A stretch of 64,000 nucleotides of DNA, taken from positions 25,854 through 89,853 of the forward strand of contig CAKPNP010000001.1 in the NCBI GenBank assembly GCA_934169415.1, written 5' to 3'. Source of the stretch: an uncultured Bacilli bacterium. Its GTDB lineage: Bacteria; Bacillota_I; Bacilli_A; RF39; UBA660. The position numbers and the translations under genes are program-made. This document shows, piece after piece, positions 41,153 to 50,535 of the stretch. How positions within the stretch are numbered: the first letter of the stretch is position 1; each line of letters starts with the position of its first letter. The notes under the pieces are model-generated. The model was not told the origin of the DNA. It ran no database searches and worked only from the letters and a program-made list of their open reading frames with translations.

Positions 41153-42448
41153 ATGAAAACAGTTATTATGGCTGGTGGAAAAGGAACAAGAATTTCATCT
41201 ATTGCAAGTGATATTCCGAAGCCTATGATTCCAATAGATGGAATACCAGTACTAGAAAGAGAAATTCATAATTTAAAAGAACAAGGTTTTACTGATATTA
41301 TAATTACAGTTAGTCATTTAGGGAATATAATAATGGATTATTTTGGAGATGGAAGTAATATATCTCCAGTAACTGGTGAAAAGTTTGGAGTTCATATCGA
41401 ATATTTTTATGAAGAAATACCACTTGGAAATGCTGGGGCTTTATTTAAATTGAAAGATAAATTAACAGAGGATTTTCTTCTTTTAAATGCAGATGCCATT
41501 TTTGATATAGATTTTAATAGATTTGTAAATTATCATAAAAAAATGAATGGATTAGTTACATTATTTACTCATCCAAATAATCATCCGTATGATAGTGGCT
41601 TAATTATTGCAAATAAAGAAGGAGTAGTAATACAATGGCTAGCAAAAGAAGATGAAAGACCAGTTTATTATAAAAACAGAGTTAATGCAGGATTGCATGT
41701 CATGTCTCCAAAAGTTTTAGAAATGGAGATAAATACGCCGAAAATAGATTTAGACAGACAAGTACTAAAACCACTATGTTCAACTGGTAAAGTATATGTT
41801 TATGATAGCCCAGAATATGTTAAAGATATGGGAACACCAGAAAGATATCATTTAGTAGAAGAAAATTTTAAAAATGGTGTTGTAGAAGGAAAAAATTTAA
41901 AAAATAAACAAAAAGCTATTTTTTTAGATAGAGATGGGACCATTAATAAATTAGTTGCATTCTTAAAAAATATAGATGATTTCGAATTGATAGACGGTGT
42001 TGATGAAGCCATAAAATGTATGAATGAATTAGGATATTTAGTAATAGTAACAACAAACCAACCAGTAATTGCAAGAGGTGACGTTACATTTGATGAGTTA
42101 GAATTAATACATAATAAAATGGAAACATTACTTGGAAACAATGGTGCATACATTGATGCAATATACTATTGTCCTCATCATCCGGATAAAGGATTTGAAG
42201 GAGAAGTAAAAGAATTAAAATTTGATTGTGACTGTAGAAAACCAAAACCAGGTATGATATTAAAAGCAGCATCAGATTTTAATATTGATTTGCGCAATTC
42301 TTATATGGTTGGAGATACAATAAATGACATTATGGCAGGTAAAAATTCAAATTGTAAAACTGTATTAATTTCAAAAGAATATCAAAGCTTAGGTGAAGAT
42401 TTATATTTTGAATCATTAACTGATTTTGCCAAATCACTAAATAAATAA
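41153..42448 (+). CDS. Bifunctional D-glycero-alpha-D-manno-heptose 1-phosphate guanylyltransferase (HddC-like) / D,D-heptose 1,7-bisphosphate phosphatase (GmhB-like HAD)
   Basis: The N-terminus MAGGKGTRISSIASDIPKPMIPIDG is a nucleotidyltransferase. The C-terminus FLDRDGTINK...VIVTTNQP is a GmhB-type HAD phosphatase with DxDG. Confidence 0.75.
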   Translation: MKTVIMAGGKGTRISSIASDIPKPMIPIDGIPVLEREIHNLKEQGFTDIIITVSHLGNIIMDYFGDGSNISPVTGEKFGVHIEYFYEEIPLGNAGALFKLKDKLTEDFLLLNADAIFDIDFNRFVNYHKKMNGLVTLFTHPNNHPYDSGLIIANKEGVVIQWLAKEDERPVYYKNRVNAGLHVMSPKVLEMEINTPKIDLDRQVLKPLCSTGKVYVYDSPEYVKDMGTPERYHLVEENFKNGVVEGKNLKNKQKAIFLDRDGTINKLVAFLKNIDDFELIDGVDEAIKCMNELGYLVIVTTNQPVIARGDVTFDELELIHNKMETLLGNNGAYIDAIYYCPHHPDKGFEGEVKELKFDCDCRKPKPGMILKAASDFNIDLRNSYMVGDTINDIMAGKNSNCKTVLISKEYQSLGEDLYFESLTDFAKSLNK

Positions 42449-42462
42449 TTATAGGAGGAAAA

Positions 42463-43119
42463 ATGAAAAATTTAAATGAAAAATTAAAAAAGTACATAGA
42501 TTTATTAATAGAAAGATATCCTAATTTAGAACAATGTAAAAGTTCTATTATAGAAGCATATTTTTTAATTGAAGAAACATATGAAAAAGGTGGCAAATTA
42601 TTAATTGCTGGAAATGGAGGCTCAGCCGCTGATTCAGAACATATAGTTGGTGAACTAATGAAAGCATTTAAATTACCAAGGAAATTAAATGATGATTATA
42701 AAAAATCATTAACAAGTGTACATGAAGAAATGGGTACAATATTAGCAAATAATTTACAAGAATCATTGCCAGCTATTGCATTAGATGGTCATTTAGCATT
42801 ATCAACAGCCTACATGAACGACTGTGAACCATTACTATGTTTTGCACAACAAGTTAATGGCTTTGGAAATCAAAATGATATTTTTCTTGGAATATCAACT
42901 AGTGGAAATAGTAAAAATATTTTATATGCTGCAGTTACTGCAAAAGCAAAAGGATTAAAAGTAATAGGATTAACGGGAAAAAAAGATAGTAAATTGCTAG
43001 AATTATCCGATGTATGTATTAAGGCACCTGAATCAGAAACTTATATGATACAAGAATATCATCTACCAATTTACCACTGCATATGTTTAATGCTTGAAGA
43101 TCATTTCTTTGGTGAATAA
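42463..43119 (+). CDS. gmhA: Sedoheptulose-7-phosphate isomerase (SIS domain)
   Basis: LLIAGNGGSAADSEHIVGELMK and GISTSGNSKNIL match GmhA. Confidence 0.8.
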   Translation: MKNLNEKLKKYIDLLIERYPNLEQCKSSIIEAYFLIEETYEKGGKLLIAGNGGSAADSEHIVGELMKAFKLPRKLNDDYKKSLTSVHEEMGTILANNLQESLPAIALDGHLALSTAYMNDCEPLLCFAQQVNGFGNQNDIFLGISTSGNSKNILYAAVTAKAKGLKVIGLTGKKDSKLLELSDVCIKAPESETYMIQEYHLPIYHCICLMLEDHFFGE

Positions 43120-43120
43120 A

Positions 43121-43858
43121 ATGGAAAAGCAAGAATTATTAAATACAAAAATTAATAATGTAGATATAAATGAAACGATAGATTATATTGAGAACTGTAT
43201 AATAAATAAGAAGAAAAGTTATGTTGTACCAATCAATGTAGATGTTGTAATGAAAATTGAAAAAGATCCATTATTAAAAGAAATTGTAGACAAAGCAGAT
43301 TTGACATTAGTTGATGGAATGCCATTAAAGTGGATTTCAAAAATAAAAAAGAAACCGATAAAGGAAAAAATTTCAGGATCAGATTTAGTTCCTAAATTAT
43401 GTGAAATTTCAGAAAAAAAAGGATATAAAATATTCATTATTGGTGGTAAGGATGGTATTGCTAATAAAGCAAAAATAAATTTGGAAAAAAAATATCAAAA
43501 CATTAAAATAGTAGGAACATATGCTCCACCATTTGGATTTGAAAAAGATAATGAAGAATTAAAAAAAATTAATAAAATGATTAGTGATGTTAAACCAGAT
43601 TTACTATTTGTTTGTCTTGGTTGCCCAAAACAGGAAAAATGGATATATGAGAATTATAAGAAAAACGATGTAATAGTATATATTTGTGCAGGGGCAACAG
43701 TGGACTTTTTGGCAGGAAATATAAAAAGAGCACCTAAATGGATGAGTAATATAGGACTTGAATGGTTTTACAGATTTTTAAAGGAACCTAAAAGATTATT
43801 TAAAAGATATTTTATTGATGATATAAAAATTATAAAGTTAATAAAAAAATATAAATAA
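43121..43858 (+). CDS. WecB/TagA/CpsF-family glycosyltransferase
   Basis: LTLVDGMPLKW and DLLFVCLGCPKQEKW are the PF03808 motifs. The ATG at 43121 follows the gmhA stop. Confidence 0.8.
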   Translation: MEKQELLNTKINNVDINETIDYIENCIINKKKSYVVPINVDVVMKIEKDPLLKEIVDKADLTLVDGMPLKWISKIKKKPIKEKISGSDLVPKLCEISEKKGYKIFIIGGKDGIANKAKINLEKKYQNIKIVGTYAPPFGFEKDNEELKKINKMISDVKPDLLFVCLGCPKQEKWIYENYKKNDVIVYICAGATVDFLAGNIKRAPKWMSNIGLEWFYRFLKEPKRLFKRYFIDDIKIIKLIKKYK

Positions 43859-43897
43859 TAAGTTGGAGATGTAATAAATGCATGAATTAATAAAAAA

Positions 43898-44290
43898 ATG
43901 AAATTATTAAGATTAGAAAAAAAGGTTTTATTCATGGAAAAAAAATTTGATATGGAAAAAGGGAGTAATATAGACAGAGCATTTGTAAAAAAAATAGTGT
44001 GTGGCGATAATGTCACTTTGGCCAGAAATGTGTATATATTGGCTCATGATGCATCAATGAAAAAAAAGTTTAGGAAAAACAAGAGTAGGCTGCGTCAATA
44101 TAGGTAATAAAGTATTTATAGGGCTAGTTTAATAATACTACCAGGAATAAAAATTGGAGACAATGTAGTGATAGGTGCTGAATCTATTGTAACAAAAAAT
44201 ATTCCATCTGGAGAAATATTGGTTGGAAATTCAGCAAAATTTAAAAAAAAAACAAATGAATTTTTATCTGAAAAGAAAAATGAAATAAAA
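43898..44290 (+). pseudogene. Hexapeptide acetyltransferase (Mac/NodL-like), disrupted by in-frame TAA TAA and a frameshift
   Basis: The N-terminal part reads ...YILAHDASMKKK, then stops at 44105-44110. A +1 frame reads VNIGNKVFIGLV, and the original frame resumes as IILPGIKIGDNVVIGAESIVTKNIPSGEILVGNSAKF. Confidence 0.7.
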
Positions 44291-44317
44291 AATAGTTATA
44301 ATTAGGATGTGAATTAA

Positions 44318-45379
44318 ATGAAAATTTTAATGATAGGTGTTGATAAAAAACGTACTGGTGGTATGTGGACAGTTTCAAACAATTATATAACAAATAAAAC
44401 TTATAATAAAAAGGTATTAATGCACTACGTTTCAACTTCAACTTCTGGGAATTTTTTTAGAAGAATAATGAAAATGATAAAAGGATATATATGTTCATTT
44501 TTTCAAATTATTTTTTTTAAACCAGAAATAGTTCATATTCATATGGCAGAAAAAGGTAGTGTTGTAAGAAAAAGTTTCATCATAAAAATGGCAAAAAAGA
44601 GAAAATGTAAAATACTAGTTCATATGCATGCTGGTCCATTCATGGATTGGTACAATACATTAAACAATAGAAAGAAAATAAAAATCAAAAAAATGTTTGA
44701 TAATATTGATTGTTTATTGGTATTGGGGAAATATTTTAAAAAACAAATGAAAGAAATAATAGATGATAATAAAATAAAAGTTTTATATAATGGCATCGAT
44801 ATTCCTAAGATTAATTATTATTTAGCTAATAAAAATAAAAAAGAATTTTTTTTATACTCTGGAAGAATAAACGAACTTAAAGGAGTTTTTGATATTTTAG
44901 AATCAATTAAAAATTGCGATGATAAATTACCATCAAATATAAAATTCGTATTTTGTGGGTCAGATGAAACAGGTCGATTTAAAAGTACAGTTGAGAACTT
45001 AAAAATAGAAAATAGAATAATTTTTGAGGGATGGGTAAGTACCAAAAAAATGCAAGAATATTATAAAAAATCAAAGTGTTTAATTTTACCTTCATATTCT
45101 GAAGGATTATCAATGACTATTATTGAAGCAATGAGCTATGGACTACCTATAATTACAACTAATATTACAACAAATCCCGAAATATTGGATGGAATTTGTT
45201 ATTTAGTGGAAGCAGGAAACAAAAAAGAATTAAGTAAAATGATTTTAGAATATTCAAGTAATGAGAATATGTTAAAAAATATTAGTGAGAAAGAATATAA
45301 AAGAGTCAACGAACTTTTTTCAATTGAAATAATGATTGAAAATACTCTTAAATATTATGAGGAATTATATGAAAAATAA
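44318..45379 (+). CDS. Glycosyltransferase family 4
   Basis: The C-terminal motif is PSYSEGLSMTIIEAMSYGLPIITTNI (EX7E type). 353 aa. Confidence 0.8.
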   Translation: MKILMIGVDKKRTGGMWTVSNNYITNKTYNKKVLMHYVSTSTSGNFFRRIMKMIKGYICSFFQIIFFKPEIVHIHMAEKGSVVRKSFIIKMAKKRKCKILVHMHAGPFMDWYNTLNNRKKIKIKKMFDNIDCLLVLGKYFKKQMKEIIDDNKIKVLYNGIDIPKINYYLANKNKKEFFLYSGRINELKGVFDILESIKNCDDKLPSNIKFVFCGSDETGRFKSTVENLKIENRIIFEGWVSTKKMQEYYKKSKCLILPSYSEGLSMTIIEAMSYGLPIITTNITTNPEILDGICYLVEAGNKKELSKMILEYSSNENMLKNISEKEYKRVNELFSIEIMIENTLKYYEELYEK

Positions 45380-46553
45380 AAAAATACTTATAATTTCACC
45401 ATTTTGTCCTTGTTCGCCAAGTATAGCTGGATCTAATGGAGGTTCACCATATTGGATTATAAAAAATTCAAAAAATTGTACAATAGATTTATTGTATATA
45501 AACGAAAAAAACATAAATTATGAAAATGATATTTTGAAATATTGTAATACTGTTAATAGTGTAAATTTTAATAAAGAAGAGAAAACATTTAAACAATTTA
45601 CATTTGGAATATTAAAAGGTATACCAAAAATATGCTACAAATATAATTCAAAAAAATATTTTAATTATATAAAAGAAAATTATTTTATTGATTCATATGA
45701 TAATATATTAGTTGTTTCAAATGAACTTTCCGGACTAATTAAATTTTTTGATAAAACGAAAGTTGTATTTTTTCCAATTGATAGTTTTTCACTGTGGTAT
45801 TATAGAAAAAGTAAAATAGAAAAAAATATTTTAAAAAAAACATATTATTATTTGCAATATAAACTTTTTATAAAATACGAAAAAAAACAAATTATTGATA
45901 ATACAAACAGAATTGTATATGTTTCTGAAATTGATAGAAAATTTGAAAAAGAAAAATTAAAGACAAAAAATATATATGCAATAACACATGGTGTAGAAAT
46001 ACCACAAAATTATGAAGATAATCTTTATGATACAAAATCGTTTAACTTAGTTTTTAGTGGACAAATGTCATATGAGCCAAATAATGATGCAGTATTATAC
46101 TTTATAGATAATATATTTGATAGGGTAAAAAAATATATTCCAGAATTAAAATTGTATATTGTAGGAAAAAATCCTAGTGAAGAGTTACAACAAAAGAAGA
46201 ATGAAGATATAGTAATTACTGGTTTTGTGGAAAATATATATTCATATATTGCATCAGGAGATGTGTACATTTCTCCATTAAGGTTTGGCACTGGAGTAAA
46301 AAATAAAATTTTAGAAGCAATGTCGTGCAAGATGGCAATAATAGCATCACATGTTAGTATCGAGGGAATTGATAATATTAAAGAAAATGTAAACTATTTA
46401 GAAGCAAATAGTGAAGAAGAGTGGATTTCAAATATAAAAAAGTTGTATAATAATAGAAGAATAATTGAAAATATGAAAAAAACAAATTATGAAACTGTTT
46501 TAAAATATTTTTCATGGGAAAATACATTAATTGAATTAATGGGGTGGAAATAA
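45369..46553 (+). CDS. Glycosyltransferase family 4
   Basis: GTGVKNKILEAMSCKMAIIAS is a GT4 C-terminal domain. The ATG at 45369 (MKNKKILIISPF) has an RBS and overlaps the upstream stop. Confidence 0.75.
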   Translation: MKNKKILIISPFCPCSPSIAGSNGGSPYWIIKNSKNCTIDLLYINEKNINYENDILKYCNTVNSVNFNKEEKTFKQFTFGILKGIPKICYKYNSKKYFNYIKENYFIDSYDNILVVSNELSGLIKFFDKTKVVFFPIDSFSLWYYRKSKIEKNILKKTYYYLQYKLFIKYEKKQIIDNTNRIVYVSEIDRKFEKEKLKTKNIYAITHGVEIPQNYEDNLYDTKSFNLVFSGQMSYEPNNDAVLYFIDNIFDRVKKYIPELKLYIVGKNPSEELQQKKNEDIVITGFVENIYSYIASGDVYISPLRFGTGVKNKILEAMSCKMAIIASHVSIEGIDNIKENVNYLEANSEEEWISNIKKLYNNRRIIENMKKTNYETVLKYFSWENTLIELMGWK

Positions 46554-47630
46554 ATGAAAGTATTATTTTTTTCGGAATTATCAGGCCTTGGTGGTGGAGA
46601 AACAAGTCTGTTAAATTCGCTTATTGAGTTAAAAAGAAGAAATGTAGAAGTTTATTTAATGTGTCAAGATGACGGAAAATTATCAAAAATAGCAAAACAA
46701 AATAATATTAAAGTTTTTATATTACCTTTTAGAAAAAAAAGTAAAATAATATTAAACTTTTTTAAAATAAAAAAAATTGTAAAAGATAATAATATAAAAA
46801 TTTTACATGCAAATGATATAACAACAGCAGCATTATTAAAATTAATATTTTTCTATAATAAAAAAATCAAAATATTTTCAACATGTAATATTCAATTTGA
46901 TATAGTTAAAGGAATAAAAAAATTTTTACTTAAAAAAATAAATTGTAATTTTTGTGTATCAACATCCGTGTTAAAAAATTTAAAAAATCAAAAAATAAAT
47001 AATAGTGTATTAAACTATCTAGGAACGTTACCTAACAATGATAAGAAAATAGATATTAGAAAAGAAATAGGTGTTCCAGAAAATTCTATATTAATAGGTA
47101 CAGTGGCAAGATTTCAAAAGATAAAAGGACAACTTAAGGCAATAAAAGCATTAAATAAAATATTGAAAAATAATGATAAATGTTATTATTTATTGATAGG
47201 TGATTGTATTTTTAAAAATGATTCAGATATCAAATACAAAAATGAAGTAATAAAATACATTAGAGAAAATAACTTAGAAAAAAAAGTATTTTTACTTGGA
47301 GAAAGAAAAAATATTAAGCAAATAATGAACTCTATTGATTTATTGATAATACCATCAGATAATGAGTCATTTGGTATGGTTGCAATTGAAGCTATTGAAT
47401 CAAATCTAAATGTAATAAGTACGCCATGTGATGGAACATTAGAAATATTTGAAAATAAAGAAGAATTTTTTAGTAAGAATATAACAAATGAATCATTAGA
47501 AGAAAAAATTATAGAATATTTCGAAAATAAGACAACAAAGGAAAAAATATCAAATGAAATAAAAAAATTAAAAGGTAAATATTTGATTTCAAATACAGTT
47601 GATTGTTATTTGAAGTATTATAATATTTGA
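46554..47630 (+). CDS. Glycosyltransferase family 4
   Basis: LSGLGGGETSLLN at the N-terminus, then PSDNESFGMVAIEAIESNLNVIST, a GT4 signature. Confidence 0.8.
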   Translation: MKVLFFSELSGLGGGETSLLNSLIELKRRNVEVYLMCQDDGKLSKIAKQNNIKVFILPFRKKSKIILNFFKIKKIVKDNNIKILHANDITTAALLKLIFFYNKKIKIFSTCNIQFDIVKGIKKFLLKKINCNFCVSTSVLKNLKNQKINNSVLNYLGTLPNNDKKIDIRKEIGVPENSILIGTVARFQKIKGQLKAIKALNKILKNNDKCYYLLIGDCIFKNDSDIKYKNEVIKYIRENNLEKKVFLLGERKNIKQIMNSIDLLIIPSDNESFGMVAIEAIESNLNVISTPCDGTLEIFENKEEFFSKNITNESLEEKIIEYFENKTTKEKISNEIKKLKGKYLISNTVDCYLKYYNI

Positions 47631-48856
47631 TGGTGATCAATATGAAAAAAAATAATTTGTATTCGTATATAATTATTCTATTTGTGATGTTTACTTTTTC
47701 AACATTAACATACACATTATGGCCTAATTTTTTTCCACTAAATAAAATTTTAGGCTTTCTTTTAATAACTTTATTATTAATGACTATAGGAATATCTGTA
47801 AAAAGGAATATGTTATTTATATTATTTTTTTCAATTATTTCATGTTTTATGTCCATTTTATTTTCACTTGTGAATTCTTATGATTTACAACAAGGAATTA
47901 TGGATGCTATTTATTGGTTTGTGACAATAATGTTGTTACAACTAATAAAAGATGATGATTTTAATAAGTCATTATATTGTGAATTAAACAAAAAAACTAG
48001 TTTTATCAGATTTATTTGCATTATTCTAAACGTTTTAACATTAATTTGTATATTTATACCGTCATGTTATAGAGTTAACTGGGAAGGGAGATATTTTGTT
48101 GGCTTAGGATTCTCGGAACATGCTATGGCATCAGGATTATGTCTTTTAGAAATCTTAAATTTTCATATTTTAAGTAAAAAGGAAAAAGTTAAAATAATAG
48201 ATTTTATTATATATGTACCAGCATTTGTAGGAATTCTACAAACAGGTGCACGAACATTTTTAATTCCCATATTTATTATATTAATATTATCATATAAATA
48301 TTTTATAAAAGAAAAGACAATTAGAATATTAATTTTACCGATTACAATTTTTGGAGTAATTATTCTTTTAAGCAAAACAAATATATTTTTAAAATTTGAA
48401 ACAACATTAACAATAAATAATAATAGAACATTATTATCTACATTTTCAAATGGTAGATCTGATTTTTGGCAACTAGATTTTAATGCATTTAAAAAATATA
48501 ATATAATTCATAAACTTTTTGGAAATGGCTTTGATTTTGTCTATAATTACAATTATATTAATTATTATGGAAGTAAAATATGGGCACATAACGATTTCAT
48601 AAATACATTACTTAGTTCAGGAATACTAGGAATTTTACTATACTTGAAGTCAATCATTGATTGCAATAAAAAATATTATAAAAATACTAAAAATAAAATG
48701 TTAACAATTTTGATTTTTATGTATTTTATATGGGTATGGGTTATAAATGGCTTATTTGCATTACAACATTTTTTGTATAGTTATATAATTTTATATATTA
48801 TTTTGAGTAATGATGATATCTTTAAAAAAGATAATAAAGAAAAACTTGAAAAATAA
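47630..48856 (+). CDS. O-antigen polymerase/ligase family membrane protein (Wzy-like)
   Basis: About 11 TM helices with a large loop (QTGARTFLIPIF region) typical of Wzy_C. The start could be the ATG at 47630 or at 47642. Confidence 0.6.
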   Translation: MVINMKKNNLYSYIIILFVMFTFSTLTYTLWPNFFPLNKILGFLLITLLLMTIGISVKRNMLFILFFSIISCFMSILFSLVNSYDLQQGIMDAIYWFVTIMLLQLIKDDDFNKSLYCELNKKTSFIRFICIILNVLTLICIFIPSCYRVNWEGRYFVGLGFSEHAMASGLCLLEILNFHILSKKEKVKIIDFIIYVPAFVGILQTGARTFLIPIFIILILSYKYFIKEKTIRILILPITIFGVIILLSKTNIFLKFETTLTINNNRTLLSTFSNGRSDFWQLDFNAFKKYNIIHKLFGNGFDFVYNYNYINYYGSKIWAHNDFINTLLSSGILGILLYLKSIIDCNKKYYKNTKNKMLTILIFMYFIWVWVINGLFALQHFLYSYIILYIILSNDDIFKKDNKEKLEK

Positions 48857-48987
48857 GAAAAAATAATTGTAATATCACACCAAGTAGTTGAGGAATACCT
48901 TAATTGCTAGTGTGATTTTTATATGTTTTAAAAAGAATAAAAAATTAAACAGCATGGCATTACCTGAGTAGGTGATGTTATTGAACT

Positions 48988-49605
48988 ATGGGTGAGGAAA
49001 TAAGAATATATCGTTATAATGATGATATTTCTTTTCGCCAGTGTGATTTGGCAAAAAATAGTAACAGTTTTAATTATGGTAATTGCACAAGCTTTTATAC
49101 ACAAGAGGAAAATTGGAAAACTCATTATTATTGTAACCAATATGGAATACACCTGCATTGTAGTAGACATCCTGGAATTGAACTAAATAAAATAAACAAA
49201 TCTTATGGTTCGTGTATTTTAAAATGTCCTAGGTGTGATAATACAATTGAAATTGAAAATTACGATGAACTTTTGAAATCTTGCTTAAAACTATTAAATA
49301 TAGAAAAATTTAAAGATGCTAAGTTAATTCGCTTAGATGACTGGTATACTCCAGAAATAAAGGAAAAAATAAAATTAAGCTCTGATTATTGGATGAAGGT
49401 TGAAATAAAAAAAGATAAAGATAAGGATGCTATGATTGTATTATATATAGGAAAAAAGAATGATAATGAAAAGGTTCAATTTTTTATAAAACCAGAAAAA
49501 TTACAACTTTCTAATGATTATAAAGATTTAGATCCTGCAAGCATAATTTCAAAAATAGAAGTAACATTAAAGGATAGAATTATAAAACAAGAATATGATG
49601 AATAA
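48988..49605 (+). CDS. Hypothetical Cys-rich protein
   Basis: 205 aa with several Cys pairs (CNQYGIHLHC, CILKCPRC). No recognisable family. Confidence 0.4.
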   Translation: MGEEIRIYRYNDDISFRQCDLAKNSNSFNYGNCTSFYTQEENWKTHYYCNQYGIHLHCSRHPGIELNKINKSYGSCILKCPRCDNTIEIENYDELLKSCLKLLNIEKFKDAKLIRLDDWYTPEIKEKIKLSSDYWMKVEIKKDKDKDAMIVLYIGKKNDNEKVQFFIKPEKLQLSNDYKDLDPASIISKIEVTLKDRIIKQEYDE

Positions 49606-49761
49606 ATAAAAAAATAGATATACAAAAATTGGTAATGTAAAAAGAATGAATGAGTTAATATATGATAATAAAGAAATCATAAATTTTAAAAATATTATAA
49701 TTACGTGTACTAAAGTTTTTATATTTATTCATAATTAACTAGATATCTATAATCATTGTAG

Positions 49762-50448
49762 GCAAAAAAACGTGAAAGAGGTAAGATTTTTGCTAATTTA
49801 TTAGTAGAAGCTTCATTAAAAGATAATGTAAATGTCTTATTTATGAATTCTACAGATGCAGAAACTGTTAAATTATTTGCTAACACATATTTAGCTTTAA
49901 GAGTATCTTATTTTAATGAATTAGATACATATGCTGAATTAAAAGGTTTAAATACAAAAGATATAATAGATGGCATATCTTTAGATCCTAGAATTGGTAA
50001 TCATTATAATAACCCATCTTTTGGGTATGGTGGATATTGTTTACCTAAAGATACTAAACAATTATTAGCTAATTATAAAGATGTACCTGAAAATATGATA
50101 GAAGCAATAGTAAAAAGTAACGATACTAGAAAACATCATATTGCAGACATGATTATGAAAAGAAATCCTAAAGTTGTTGGAATATACAGATTAACTATGA
50201 AATCTAATTCTGATAATTTTAGAGCATCAGCTATACAAAGTATTATTGAAATTTTAAAAAGCAATAACGTTGATATAATGATATATGAACCAACACTTAC
50301 AGTTGATATATTTAATGGTGTAAAGGTTAACAATAATTTAGATGAATTCAAAAATATTAGTGATGTAATAGTTGCTAATAGATATGATAGTATTTTAGAT
50401 AATGTATCTGATAAAGTTTATACAAGAGATTTATTCAAAAGAGATTAA
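49762..50448 (+). pseudogene. ugd: UDP-glucose 6-dehydrogenase, 5'-truncated remnant lacking the NAD-binding N-terminal domain
   Basis: [23 protein letters not shown]...[27 protein letters not shown] is near-identical to the Ugd central and C-terminal domains. The reading frame opens only after a TAG at 49759, and the ~150 N-terminal residues are absent. Confidence 0.75.
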
Positions 50449-50535
50449 ATCTCTTTTAATTTTGTATAGTCTTACATTTTAAATTTACACATTCCTAATT
50501 TAATGATATAATTATTTAGCAAGTAGGTGATTTAA

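Noticed and set aside
41848-42596. Three minus-strand ORFs (101, 62 and 88 aa)
   Set aside because: They are antisense to the hddC-gmhB and gmhA coding sequences.
43898-44107. 69-aa ORF as a stand-alone gene
   Set aside because: It is the N-terminal piece of the frameshifted acetyltransferase pseudogene, whose downstream continuation is in frame after TAA TAA, not an independent protein.
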